Virus record (IMG/VR): IMGVR_UViG_3300048578_000393
Span: 1-45,940 of that record
Reading direction: 5' to 3' (one strand)
Length of the DNA stretch: 45,940 nt
Source: a virus
Taxonomy: Duplodnaviria > Caudoviricetes
Shown here piece after piece: positions 1 through 9,347 of this stretch (positions within the stretch are counted from its first letter, which is position 1; every line of letters starts with the position of its first letter). The notes under the pieces were generated by a model. The model ran no database searches. It saw only the letters and a list, made by a program, of their open reading frames with translations, and was not told the origin of the DNA. Both the position numbers and the translations under genes were made by a program.

Positions 1-1155
1 TCACTTCACGGTGGAGAAGCGGTAGATCGACGTCTGCGTGTACCAGCCGCCGGGCCTGAGCACCGCCGAGGGGAATGTCGGCTGGTTCGGCGAATCCGGG
101 AAGTGCTGCGGCTCCAGGCACAAACTGGAATAGATGTGGTACGGCACGCCGCGCTTGCCGACGAAGCCGCCCTGACCCGTCGAGTTCTGGCCGGAGAATA
201 CCTGCAGCCCCGGCTCGGTGGTCAGCAGTTCCAGCACCCGGCCCGACTTCGGATCCGTCACCCGCGCCGCGAAGCCGAGGTCGCCCGCCGGCTTGTCGAG
301 GACGAAGTTCTGATCGTAACCGGGTTTCGCCGGCAGGCGCAGTTCCGGGAAATCGTCGTTGATGCGCGCCCCGACGGCGGTCGGTTTGCGGAAGTCCATG
401 GGCGTGCCGGCGACGGAGGCGATGGTGCCGGTCGGCAGGAAACCGGCCTTCACGGGGGTGTAGTTGGAGGCGTTGACCTCGAGCGCTTGGCCGAGGATGT
501 CGCCGTTGCCGTGGCCGGCGAGGTTGAAGAACGAGTGGTTGGTCAGGTTGATGACCGTCGCCTTGTCGGTCACGGCTTGGTATTCGATCCTCAGTTCGTT
601 GGCGTCGGTCAAACTGTAGACGACGCGGACGTTGAGGTTGCCGGGATAGCCTTCCTCGCCGTCCTTCGACAGGTAGGTGAGGGCGACGCTCGCCGGATCG
701 CTCTGCGTCGCCGTCCACACCACGGTGCGGAACGACACGGCGCCGCCATGCAGCGTGTTGGGGCCGTCATTCTTGGTCAGCGCATAGGTCGCGCCATCCA
801 GCGTGAAGCTGGCATTGCCGATGCGGTTGGCGTAGCGGCCGACGGTGGAGCCGAAATTGGCGTTGCCCTTCAGATAACCATCCAGGCTGTCATAGCCCAT
901 GACGATGTCGGCGTGGCGGCCATCGCGATCGGGTGTGATGAGCGTGACCAGTTTGGCGCCATAGTTCGTCACCTGCGCCAGCATGCCGGCCTTGTTGCGC
1001 AGGGTGAACAGGTCGACCGGCTTACCGGCGATCTCGGCCTCGAACGCGGCGCGATCGACGAGGAGGGTATCGCCGCCGTCGGCCAGGGCCGCCTGCGGTA
1101 AGGTCACGATGGCGCCCAGCGCGAGGAGCGCTGCGCGATTGAACGGGCTTCTCAT
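1..1155 (-). CDS. galM: Aldose 1-epimerase (galactose mutarotase) with N-terminal signal peptide; host gene
   Basis: Motifs GRYANRI, LHGG, EEGYPGNL, NLTNHSFFNL, CLEPQHFPDSPN; Sec-like signal ending ALA|D. Confidence 0.93.
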   Translation of the reverse strand: MRSPFNRAALLALGAIVTLPQAALADGGDTLLVDRAAFEAEIAGKPVDLFTLRNKAGMLAQVTNYGAKLVTLITPDRDGRHADIVMGYDSLDGYLKGNANFGSTVGRYANRIGNASFTLDGATYALTKNDGPNTLHGGAVSFRTVVWTATQSDPASVALTYLSKDGEEGYPGNLNVRVVYSLTDANELRIEYQAVTDKATVINLTNHSFFNLAGHGNGDILGQALEVNASNYTPVKAGFLPTGTIASVAGTPMDFRKPTAVGARINDDFPELRLPAKPGYDQNFVLDKPAGDLGFAARVTDPKSGRVLELLTTEPGLQVFSGQNSTGQGGFVGKRGVPYHIYSSLCLEPQHFPDSPNQPTFPSAVLRPGGWYTQTSIYRFSTVK

Positions 1156-1170
1156 GGAGCGTTTCCTTTT

Positions 1171-1185
1171 TATCGTAGTACGATA
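1171..1185. promoter_or_regulatory. Palindromic operator upstream of galM (GntR/FadR-type)
   Basis: TATCGTA-G-TACGATA perfect inverted repeat; core TCGTAGTACGA fits the FadR-subfamily t.GTa.tAC.a pattern. Confidence 0.55.
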
Positions 1186-1277
1186 TATCGCACCGCGACA
1201 ATATGTCCACGCCAGAAGAGCGTCAATACGGCGGGTCGGTCCGTCAGAACGTCATCGTTCGCGGCGGGCAGGGTTTA

Positions 1278-1318
1278 GCGCGCAAAATCGCGTGGCGCGG
1301 CGCGCAAGATCAGGTGGC
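1278..1318. repeat. Tandem 19-bp repeats with 22-bp period; probable transposase-binding sites at the prophage end
   Basis: GCGCGCAAAATCGCGTGGC (1278-1296) and GCGCGCAAGATCAGGTGGC (1300-1318), 16/19 identical, just past the last phage gene. Confidence 0.65.
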
Positions 1319-2053
1319 AGCAGTTTGCAGGGCTCTTGAGGCCCCTTCGAGCCGCCGGCAGGCGATGTCGAAATAGGCCTCATCCACCTCGACCCCTACA
1401 TAGTCCACGCCCGCCTCCAGGCAGGCCACGCCGACCGTCGCCGAGCCAGCGAAGGGATCCAACACCGGTCCCTCCATCGGTCCCATGAGCCCGGCCATCA
1501 GGGGCACGGGCTTACCCGCGATATGCTGCTTGTCGCGAGGCACGGGCATGCGGAATACACCAGGTGCCACCGCTCCCGTGAGCGGCCGGGCGCCGTTGCT
1601 CCCCCACACTACGAACTCCGTCTGGTTGCGGTAGCGGCCTCGTTGCGGCCGGCTGCTCTCCGTCTTGTCCCAGGGGACTACCCCTCTCCATACCCACCCG
1701 CCGCACTGGAGAGCGTCCGTGGTGACGGGCAGCTGCCGCCAATCCGAGAACACGGCAACGAGGCCGCCGGGCTCGACCAGGTCGCGGGCGCGGCCGAGCC
1801 ACATCGTTGACCACGCCAGAAACGAACGCTGATCCCTCGTGTCTCCCTGGAACTCGGGATAGCGGCTGGAGCTGCCACTCTGGAGGTATTTGACACTGGT
1901 CGGCATAGCCTTGTCGCGGACATTGCCACCAGAGCTGTAGGGCGGGTCTGTCAGGACGGCGCCGAAGCGCCGCCCCGCCAGATAAAGAAGGACCTCCAGG
2001 GCATCGCCGTGGATCAGGGTGGCATTGCCGAACTGCTCGATACGAAAGCGCAT
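1310..2053 (-). CDS. DNA N6-adenine/N4-cytosine methyltransferase, beta class, in the mom position
   Basis: Catalytic DPPY motif precedes the SAM-binding VLDPFAGSAT motif. Confidence 0.9.
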   Translation of the reverse strand: MRFRIEQFGNATLIHGDALEVLLYLAGRRFGAVLTDPPYSSGGNVRDKAMPTSVKYLQSGSSSRYPEFQGDTRDQRSFLAWSTMWLGRARDLVEPGGLVAVFSDWRQLPVTTDALQCGGWVWRGVVPWDKTESSRPQRGRYRNQTEFVVWGSNGARPLTGAVAPGVFRMPVPRDKQHIAGKPVPLMAGLMGPMEGPVLDPFAGSATVGVACLEAGVDYVGVEVDEAYFDIACRRLEGASRALQTAAT

Positions 2054-2217
2054 GCGTCATCCTCTCGACGCTCTCGGCGCTCTCGTTGGGGCTCTGCCGG
2101 CCTCAGAATGTTGATCCGCCGGCACCGCCGGCACTTCACCTCGACCACGCCAACGACCGCTCCGGCCTCGGCTCGAAAAAGCAGTGCGCTACATCCAGCG
2201 CACCTGATGGCCTCCAC
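2014..2217 (-). CDS. com: Mu Com-family zinc-ribbon translational regulator
   Basis: IRCAGCSALL...EVKCRRCRRIN (2x CxxC); overlaps the start of the methyltransferase as com overlaps mom. Confidence 0.85.
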   Translation of the reverse strand: MEAIRCAGCSALLFRAEAGAVVGVVEVKCRRCRRINILRPAEPQRERRERREDDACAFVSSSSAMPP

Positions 2218-2347
2218 TTGTGGGGCCTCCTCGACTCATGTCCCTTACGCTCGCCGTCGACGGCAGCGGGGGGACGTTGAGCGTTTCTGCGTCTCGCGGG
2301 CTAGTTTTCCAGGCAGGCCCGCGACCGGAGCAATCCGGCCTCCGTTC

Positions 2348-3370
2348 TCAATCGTCGTCGTCGCTCTCGCTTCCCTTTCCTTTCGTCTCGCATTCGATCT
2401 CGGTGCGCCAGCCCTGGTCAGGCCGAGCCTCATGACTGACGCTGGACGCGACCCAGGCCACGCTGTCGATGTCGGCGCCGAAGCCCTTCGCGATTACCCG
2501 AGCCTCGGCGACAGCTCGCGGCTCCCCAGGCATGGAGAAGCGCGCCGTCGCGGACTTGCGACCCTGCTCCTGGGCTGCGGCATCTGCGCCCAACTCTGCC
2601 TCGTCCTTTGACGGGAATGGATGGACGACCGCAGTCCGGCTGGCCGCGTATCCGCCGGAGCGGCGGGCGGCGGTCCGCAACCCGGTTTTCGGGTCGATCC
2701 AGCCGCCCTCGACATCCTTGAACTGCGAGCGAGGCTCAGTCTCGGCCTCGAACTCGTAGAGCGGATCATGGGTCACCGTGATGGCGGGGAGCGTCTTTCC
2801 GCCAGCGGATTGGCCTGAGCCGCGCTGCAGCACGAGGAGCTTACCCGCCTGGGGCTTGATGATGCCGCCAACCTGATCCGCAAGGTGCGTCAGGAAGTCG
2901 CCGATCGACTGCTGAAACCGCATCCGATAGGGGATGGCGATGCCTGCCAGCGCCGGAGCAACCACGGCCGCGACCCCCATCCTTCCAGCCAAGTCCTTGA
3001 CGATCTCGCCCACCGTCTTCCCGTCGAAGTGCTCGGTGTCGACCTCTTTCATTTTGTCCAGAAAGTCGGCCGCGCGGCAGGTGACCCGCATGGCTGTCCC
3101 TTCGTCGGGGGAGCCGGAGAACCCAACGCGCTGGACAGTATAGATCCCCGTGACGGCCATGCTGTCGGTCGACCAGCCAAGCCGAACCTCGTATCGCGTG
3201 CCTTTTGGTGGGGCCTGCCATCTCGGCGGCGTGTCGCGAAAGGTCAGAACCGCCTGATCGCTTTCGTAGCCCGCTTGGTCGGTAATTGAGACACTGGCGA
3301 GCGCGGCCCCCCAGAGCGGAACCATATCGCGGCCGGCCGAACTGATGACCTGAATGAGAGGGCGGCGCAT
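2348..3370 (-). CDS. P2 gpD-like baseplate hub (late control D) protein
   Basis: Start MRRPLIQ at 3370; SVSITDQAGYESD..L and LGW motifs; follows U and X genes. Confidence 0.8.
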   Translation of the reverse strand: MRRPLIQVISSAGRDMVPLWGAALASVSITDQAGYESDQAVLTFRDTPPRWQAPPKGTRYEVRLGWSTDSMAVTGIYTVQRVGFSGSPDEGTAMRVTCRAADFLDKMKEVDTEHFDGKTVGEIVKDLAGRMGVAAVVAPALAGIAIPYRMRFQQSIGDFLTHLADQVGGIIKPQAGKLLVLQRGSGQSAGGKTLPAITVTHDPLYEFEAETEPRSQFKDVEGGWIDPKTGLRTAARRSGGYAASRTAVVHPFPSKDEAELGADAAAQEQGRKSATARFSMPGEPRAVAEARVIAKGFGADIDSVAWVASSVSHEARPDQGWRTEIECETKGKGSESDDDD

Positions 3371-3372
3371 GG

Positions 3373-3588
3373 TCACTCCCAGGGCCGCGTGTAGCCGGAA
3401 CTCGCCGCTACAGGCCGATCGGGCACGACGATGACGGTGCCGCGCGGGACCAACAGCGACAGCACGCCGAGACCGGGATTGGCCGAGAGCAGCGCTTCGA
3501 CGGTGCCAGTCCGTTCGGTGCCGTAGATCGCCTCGGCGATCGTGTCGAGCCGAGCGGCATGGCCGACGGTGTAGACTTGGTCGCTCAT
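3373..3588 (-). CDS. P2 gpX-like tail protein (LysM-like)
   Basis: LDTIAEAIYG...VEALLSANPGL...G..IVVPD...PWE pattern; synteny. Confidence 0.85.
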   Translation of the reverse strand: MSDQVYTVGHAARLDTIAEAIYGTERTGTVEALLSANPGLGVLSLLVPRGTVIVVPDRPVAASSGYTRPWE

Positions 3589-4010
3589 GTCGAGGCTCCA
3601 AAGGGGCGGCCGACAGCAGAGGTGTGGAGCAGCTCGATCTCGGCCCTGACGATCCGGCCGACACCGTCTGCCGGGTGAAACTGCTCTTCATCGACGTCGA
3701 GAGATCGAATGATCACGAGGCCCTGGTTCAGCGCCAAAAGGTTGGCAGCGAGCCGGATATAGGAGACCTGGGCGCGGGCCAGATGGTGGCCCTCCATGAT
3801 GGCGAGCGCGTCCATGCCGCCAAGCAGATGTGGAAGCGTCTCAACGGAGAGATGGGTGGTCCGCTCGCCGAGGCCGGTCTCCTGATAGTCCATGTCGTAG
3901 AACACGGGCGTGCCAGGCACCCGCACCTCGGAACGCCGGGCAATGCGGATAGGCTTCAGGCCGATGCCGCGCAGCCTGGCGCCGCCGATCGAGATCAAGT
4001 CCGGGCTCAT
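3585..4010 (-). CDS. P2 gpU-like tail protein
   Basis: Lies between tape measure and gpX; 141 aa; coupled by overlapping start/stop codons. Confidence 0.7.
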   Translation of the reverse strand: MSPDLISIGGARLRGIGLKPIRIARRSEVRVPGTPVFYDMDYQETGLGERTTHLSVETLPHLLGGMDALAIMEGHHLARAQVSYIRLAANLLALNQGLVIIRSLDVDEEQFHPADGVGRIVRAEIELLHTSAVGRPFGAST

Positions 4011-6061
4011 GCGAGCGCCCCCAGATCATGCAAGGCGCCGTACTGCGTCTCACGGGCGGCGCGGCGCTCTTCCCGCGCGATGCGGCGGGCAACGACGGCC
4101 GGGCTGTAGCCCGAGACGTTATAGGTCCGGTTGCTCGGCGCTGAGGATTGCCTGTCGCCGCCGGCCTTCGGCGATGGCGCGGCATTGTCCATGAAACTTG
4201 GCGACGGGGCGCCGACGCCACGGATCGCTCCTTGAAGGTCCTGAAGCAGCTTTAGGGCGCGTTCGATCTCGAAGACGTTGATCTTGGGCGTGGCGGTCAT
4301 GCCGTCCACCTTGCCCATTTCGGCCTCGATGCTGTCGATTTGCGACTTCACGGCGGCGCGGGCGCCGCGCAGGGTGTCGAGCGGGATAGCGGTCGGCTTC
4401 TTGCCGCTCTCGACGTCCGCGATGCTCTGGTCCATTCGCGAGAGCTTTTTCTGCAGCTCAAGCCATTTGGCCGGATCGACCTTGGGGGCCTTGGTAATCT
4501 CCGGCAACGGAATGTTCGTTGGATCAACGCCGAACCGCTTCTTGACCCACTCGTCGATGCCGCTGGTCAGTCCCCAGAGATTGCCCTTCGGGTCCGCGAC
4601 GTTGAGGCCGTAGGCGGCGAGCGCTGGAATGCCCAGCATGCGCATGAGCCCGAAGCGACCAGCCGTCGCTGCCGTAGCGCCGACGGTCGCTGCCGCACCA
4701 CCACCGGAAGCGGCGGCGGCGCCGGAAGCGCCCGCCCCCCCGATGCTGCTGAGCAACCCCGTCACCGCTTTGAAAGCGGAGAAGCCGGCCCACGCCGCTC
4801 CGGCAAGAGCGAGCGCGCCGGCGAGCTTCGGCATCGCTTCGGCGGCGCGGGTGATGTGGTCCGCGAGCTTACCGAAGAAGTCAACGGCCGGGGCCAGCCA
4901 CTCATTGACGCCCTTGCCAATCGCGGTCATGAGCGCGGTCCAGCGCTCGCCGAAGGTGCGGTAGGTGTTGCCTGCACCGCCCTCGCGGCGCGCGAGATCC
5001 GCATTGAGCTTGTCGGGCGCCGTGATGCCGTTGTACCGGTCGCGCATCTCTCGGTATTTCTCGATGTTCTGCATCAAGGCCACAGCAGCGGCGCGAGCTT
5101 GTTCGTCGCCGAAGAAGTTGATGGCTTTCCCGGGATCGCCCTTCGTCGCCTTCATCAGGGCGGCATAGATCGTCTCCATGATGTCGCCGCCTTCCTTCTT
5201 CGTTCGCTCAATGAGCTTTTCGACGTTGATGCCCTTCTTTTTGAAGTTCCGCCGCACATCGGGAGATTGGAACTTCGCCAGCATCTGCTGGACGTTTGTC
5301 GTGGCTTGATTGGGGTCGCCGACGGCCGTGGCCGCGACTTCAAGCATGGCCGACAGCCGAGACACTGCCGGCAGCCCAAGCTGGCCGACGTTCTTCATTT
5401 GCGCGGCAAGCTCAGGCATACCCTTGGCGAAATGCTTGATCTCGTAGCGGCCGTCGGCGGCCGCCTGAGCCATGCGACCGAGCGCCAACTCCATCCGGTT
5501 GGCCGGCACTTCCATGCCCGAATACATGGCAACCATCGCATCGGAGACTTCCTCGCCCGCGACGCGGTAGGTCTTGCCGACCTTGACTGCCAGCTCGCTC
5601 AATTTCGTGCCGAGTTCCAGATCCGAAATCGAGCTGAGGACCGTATCGATGGCGTTGGCCATGCTGATCGGCGCGACGCGCATCCGCTCGGCCATCTTCT
5701 TGACCTCGTCGGAGTAGTTGCGCATCTGATCGACGGACATGTCCGTCTTTTGGCCGATGTCGATCATCTTGTCGTCGAAATCGGCGCTGGCCTCGGCGGC
5801 CGTGGTCAGCATCCGGCGCATGGTCTCGACGCCGGCGGTAACACCGACGGCCACCTTGCCGATGCGCTCCATCTGTTCAGAGGCCCGACGCGCACCGTCG
5901 GCAACGTGCTGGAACTGGGCGCGCAGGCTCGTCCCGAAATCCGCCCGACCGATATCCTTGGCACCCTTGGCGACGCGCTGCAGGTCGCGTTCGGCCGCTT
6001 TGGCGCCAGCACCCATCTGGTTGACGAACTTGGCGCGGACGGAGACGTCGAAGTTGGTCAT
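4007..6061 (-). CDS. Tail tape measure protein
   Basis: 684 aa, Ala-rich and helical with hydrophobic segments; follows the chaperone genes. Confidence 0.88.
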   Translation of the reverse strand: MTNFDVSVRAKFVNQMGAGAKAAERDLQRVAKGAKDIGRADFGTSLRAQFQHVADGARRASEQMERIGKVAVGVTAGVETMRRMLTTAAEASADFDDKMIDIGQKTDMSVDQMRNYSDEVKKMAERMRVAPISMANAIDTVLSSISDLELGTKLSELAVKVGKTYRVAGEEVSDAMVAMYSGMEVPANRMELALGRMAQAAADGRYEIKHFAKGMPELAAQMKNVGQLGLPAVSRLSAMLEVAATAVGDPNQATTNVQQMLAKFQSPDVRRNFKKKGINVEKLIERTKKEGGDIMETIYAALMKATKGDPGKAINFFGDEQARAAAVALMQNIEKYREMRDRYNGITAPDKLNADLARREGGAGNTYRTFGERWTALMTAIGKGVNEWLAPAVDFFGKLADHITRAAEAMPKLAGALALAGAAWAGFSAFKAVTGLLSSIGGAGASGAAAASGGGAAATVGATAATAGRFGLMRMLGIPALAAYGLNVADPKGNLWGLTSGIDEWVKKRFGVDPTNIPLPEITKAPKVDPAKWLELQKKLSRMDQSIADVESGKKPTAIPLDTLRGARAAVKSQIDSIEAEMGKVDGMTATPKINVFEIERALKLLQDLQGAIRGVGAPSPSFMDNAAPSPKAGGDRQSSAPSNRTYNVSGYSPAVVARRIAREERRAARETQYGALHDLGALA

Positions 6062-6255
6062 TTGTCGACCCTCCAGAGGCCCCAGGTCTCACGGTCGATG
6101 GCGCGCGCCTCGACGTACCAGGCGATCATGGCGCGCCACTCCATGGCGAGGACCACGGGCAGCGGCGTCGACAGGGTGGCGGCGACGCGGGCGGCGTAGG
6201 CGCGCCAGTCGAGGAGCGAGGCGATCAGGCCGTCCGCAACTGGCGCGGCAAAAAA
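6058..6255 (-). CDS. -1 frameshift extension of the tail assembly chaperone (P2 E' equivalent)
   Basis: Open -1 frame after the TTTTTTG slippery site, reading ...LPVVLAMEWRAMIAWYVEA...; its stop overlaps the tape measure ATG. Confidence 0.7.
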   Translation of the reverse strand, partial: FFAAPVADGLIASLLDWRAYAARVAATLSTPLPVVLAMEWRAMIAWYVEARAIDRETWGLWRVDK

Positions 6256-6623
6256 TCGTAGGTGATGTCCGTCACAGCGGCGCCGTCGCCGGCCTCCATG
6301 CCGCGCAACACCGCCTCCGGCAGGCCGGTCATGGCGGCGTAGGCGTCCCACAGCGTGACCTGATCGCCGCGCGCATTGGCAAGGGCGCCCATCTCGGCGA
6401 CCGTCAGCCGGCGGACGGTCACGACCTCGACAAGCCGGCCCTCGTGCTCGAACGGGAACTCGAGCGGCACGACGACGGTCCACTTCTTCTCCCCGGTGAA
6501 CTTCAGCTGGGCGGCGGACATGGGCGGCGCTGAGGGCGAAGGCGCCGTCGTCGCGCTCGGGCCCATCATCTGTTCCACGATCTCGGGCGGCGGGAGGGGA
6601 ATGGCTTCGTCGGTTTCGGTCAT
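6225..6623 (-). CDS. Tail assembly chaperone (P2 gpE / Mu gp41-like)
   Basis: VPLEFPFEHEG..VEVVTVRRLTV...AMTGLP..L..M motif; lies between tube and tape measure. Confidence 0.8.
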   Translation of the reverse strand: MTETDEAIPLPPPEIVEQMMGPSATTAPSPSAPPMSAAQLKFTGEKKWTVVVPLEFPFEHEGRLVEVVTVRRLTVAEMGALANARGDQVTLWDAYAAMTGLPEAVLRGMEAGDGAAVTDITYDFLPRQLRTA

Positions 6624-6682
6624 GGGATCCTCGGCAAAAAGCTGAGGCCGGCGGGAGTTGCCGGCCCCAGTTGGGCGACGAC

Positions 6683-7207
6683 TTACGACCAGGCGATGAG
6701 CTGGTTGTGGGTCGCGGTGAGGTCGACGCCGTCGACGACGACGGTGTTGTTGAAATAGTCGAACTTGTGGATCGTCTTGCCGTTCTCGCGGTCGTGGTAG
6801 TGGACGATGGTGGTCATCGTCGCCACGGTCTGGCCGCTGGCCTTGTTCTGGGTCACCTCGGGCTGCTCCACCTTCGTGAAGAGGCCCTTGAGGTACACGA
6901 CGCGGCCAATCTCGACGCCCGCGACGATCTCCTTGATCCGCTCGTAGTAGTACAACTCGCTCCAGTCGCCGGGCTCTCGGCCGAACTTGATACGGACGCG
7001 GCTATCCGGGCCGTTGAGCGTGACCGTCGCGGTCATGGCCTCGATCTCGCGCGGCACCTGCAGCCCGAAATAGCTGCCGGAGGCGTTGATATCCTCCATG
7101 GCGCGCGAGAGGTCCGGCAGCTTGAACTTGGCGCAGGACAGGGCGAGGTTCTGGTCCTTCAGCCAGACGTTCCCGCCCCAGATGACCTTCTGTTCCTTGG
7201 TGCTCAT
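6683..7207 (-). CDS. Major tail tube protein (P2 FII-like)
   Basis: 174 aa after the sheath gene; C-terminal IHKFDYFNNTVVVDGVDL motif. Confidence 0.85.
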   Translation of the reverse strand: MSTKEQKVIWGGNVWLKDQNLALSCAKFKLPDLSRAMEDINASGSYFGLQVPREIEAMTATVTLNGPDSRVRIKFGREPGDWSELYYYERIKEIVAGVEIGRVVYLKGLFTKVEQPEVTQNKASGQTVATMTTIVHYHDRENGKTIHKFDYFNNTVVVDGVDLTATHNQLIAWS

Positions 7208-7218
7208 GGCGGTCTACC

Positions 7219-8475
7219 TCAGGCCGAGACGATGACGTTGGGATTACCGAGGCGCTGCAGCGCGACGGCGATGTCCGACGCCAACACGTCGAACGCCTCG
7301 GGCTGGGGCGAGGAGAAGATCTGCAGGTCGATCAGCTCCGGCAGTTCCTCGAAGCGGAGCTTCAGCCGCAGGATGCCGTCGCGCATGTTGGTGTTCGTGT
7401 TGAGCCCGCGTGCCCAGACGATCTGGTAGTCGATGATGGCGCCGAGCGCCTTCACCTCCTCGCAGTATTGCGCCAGGCTCTCGGTGACGAGGGCGACGGC
7501 GTGGGCACCATAGTCCTCGGCATTGTAGGCGCGCAGCGCCGGCAGAATGGCCGCCTCGATCGCGCGGCGGGTCCGGATGCGCTTCCGGGACGAGTACGCC
7601 TTGACGGTGGCGTCACGACCGGTCGTGTAGGGTCCCCAGAGGGTGGTACCTTCGATGACGGTGAGCAGTCCGCCCTGCACCAGCGCGTTGGCCTGACAGT
7701 CGGGATCGCCGTCGCGATAGGAGATGGTCTTCGTCGTGCCGAGGATACCCTTCAAAGGGCGGTTCCAGGCGGCCTTGAAGACAGTTCCAACCTCCTTGTC
7801 GCGTCGCATGAAGGCGCCCGCCACGCTGGCCGACATGGGCCGGCTGACCGGACCGGCGCCCAGGTCGACCATGACGGCCGGGTAGCACGCCGTCATGCCG
7901 AGGGAGGTCTTGAAGTCCTGGGCGTAGGCGAGCGCATCAGCATCGGCTGACTGCGTCGCATCGGTAATGCCTTCGCAGTCGACGAGCTGATCCTTGACGG
8001 TATCGATCGCGGTAGCGACCGCGTTCTTCAGGCTGCCGGTTCGCTGACTGGTGTAGCCCGGCGCGATGATGGAGATTGGCTTGTAGCCGGTGACGGCGCC
8101 GGCATCGAGCAGGGCGAAAATGCCGCTCTTGGCGGCGGCGTTGCCGGCGACGGCGCTGATCTCGGCCGCGAGCTTGGCGTCAACGTCAGTCAGGACCGAG
8201 TGCTGGGCGCGAGCGAAGATGACATTGGTGACAACGCCCTCGGCGTTGATCTGGGCGATCGCGTCCTTGGCCAGGCCATCGCCAAGCGCGGCAACGGCGG
8301 TGCTGTCGGAGGTGTCGATCACGACCGGCTGCCCGATCGGATAGAGCGCGGCGTCTGCCTCCGGCGCCGGAAGCACCATGCCGATGCCTCGGGCGCCGCG
8401 AGCGTCGATAGACACGACATTGTCGGACAGGTCGCTGAAAACGCGGACGCCGACGAAGGGCGAGGTGGCAGCCAT
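7219..8475 (-). CDS. Contractile tail sheath protein (P2 FI-like)
   Basis: FVGVRV N-terminus, IIAPGY, SASVAG...RRD, N.PLKGI, LWG motifs. Confidence 0.88.
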   Translation of the reverse strand: MAATSPFVGVRVFSDLSDNVVSIDARGARGIGMVLPAPEADAALYPIGQPVVIDTSDSTAVAALGDGLAKDAIAQINAEGVVTNVIFARAQHSVLTDVDAKLAAEISAVAGNAAAKSGIFALLDAGAVTGYKPISIIAPGYTSQRTGSLKNAVATAIDTVKDQLVDCEGITDATQSADADALAYAQDFKTSLGMTACYPAVMVDLGAGPVSRPMSASVAGAFMRRDKEVGTVFKAAWNRPLKGILGTTKTISYRDGDPDCQANALVQGGLLTVIEGTTLWGPYTTGRDATVKAYSSRKRIRTRRAIEAAILPALRAYNAEDYGAHAVALVTESLAQYCEEVKALGAIIDYQIVWARGLNTNTNMRDGILRLKLRFEELPELIDLQIFSSPQPEAFDVLASDIAVALQRLGNPNVIVSA

Positions 8476-8540
8476 GAGGGGTCCCCGGATCTGCGGGACC
8501 GCTCGAAACCGGCCCCTTGCGTAGTGACGTGATCGGGGTC

Positions 8541-8589
8541 ACAGTGGGCTTGGGGCGAGGAATTCCGGGGGCTGACAGGTGTCAGCCCC
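8541..8589 (-). promoter_or_regulatory. Late promoter for the tail operon (activator palindrome plus -10)
   Basis: GGGGCTGACA-GG-TGTCAGCCCC at 8568-8589, with CACTGT (minus strand) 21 nt downstream; same layout at 24557-24605 and 33108-33154. Confidence 0.75.
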
Positions 8590-8628
8590 TATTTTCTTGG
8601 CGATACCGAGCCGCCCTAACCTATTTCT

Positions 8629-8818
8629 GATCGGTGCTTCCGTCCGATGCGGGGCAGGCTTCAAATGCTAACGCGCCCCCGAGTTGCCCTTACGGAGCGG
8701 CGTATTTCGCCTCAGGTGCCGATCTTGCGCAACGCCGGTAGTCTACACTGGACAATCCCAAGCGGGGGAGCGGGGCGAGGCGGCAACGACAACAACAAGC
8801 CGCTTCGCTCCTTTTTTT
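8629..8818 (+). ncRNA. Candidate structured small RNA in the tail intergenic region
   Basis: No credible ORF; closing stem 8629-8637/8716-8724 with internal hairpins; ends in a stem-loop plus T7. Confidence 0.3.
8767..8818 (+). terminator. Intrinsic terminator
   Basis: GGAGCGGGGCG...CGCTTCGCTCC stem followed by TTTTTTT. Confidence 0.65.
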
Positions 8819-9003
8819 GAGACGTCGACCGTTCTGATCGAACGGGGCTCAGCCGAATCGACGCGGCCGACGGAAGCACCCGTCATCGCGGTTGCGACGC
8901 CACAATTGCTCAGGTTATCCTGTCGCCGCGCGCCACGACGCTCCGGTCCCCAGGGAGCTCGGGGACCTGCCTAGCCGGCAACTTCACTCTACAAACAGCA
9001 GAG

Positions 9004-9195
9004 ATGAATGAGATGACGCCCGAGCAGAAGGCCGTGACGGAAGCCATCAGAGCATCGCTGGAAATTTGCCGACGGCAGGCGGCAGAGGCCGAGTTGCTGC
9101 TTCTGGAGCAGAGACTGGCCGTGCTGGTGTCGGATGCGGACGTGATGCTCGGCACTTGTTCTTTGCCCTCCCGAAGCACCCTGTTCGACAAATGA
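9004..9195 (+). CDS. Small hypothetical protein (moron-like, opposite strand to the late genes)
   Basis: 63 aa helical ORF in an intergenic gap, followed by its own terminator. Confidence 0.5.
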   Translation: MNEMTPEQKAVTEAIRASLEICRRQAAEAELLLLEQRLAVLVSDADVMLGTCSLPSRSTLFDK

Positions 9196-9311
9196 TGAAT
9201 CGCCGTCGGCGGACAAGGGTGGCCGGCCGTTTCTGTGGTCCGGAGACGATCGCACGGAACCAAGATGGCACTCGGCCGTTACGCCCGTCCCTGGGCTCAC
9301 AATCGGGAAAC

Positions 9312-9347
9312 TGGCCGCGTCTCTTGCGAGAGCGCGGCCATTTTTTT
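9312..9347 (+). terminator. Intrinsic terminator
   Basis: TGGCCGCG-TCTC/GAGA-G-CGCGGCCA hairpin followed by T7. Confidence 0.75.

Noticed and set aside
4340-6199. 619-aa plus-strand ORF
   Set aside because: Antisense shadow of the tape measure gene, expected in high-GC DNA; no recognisable motifs.
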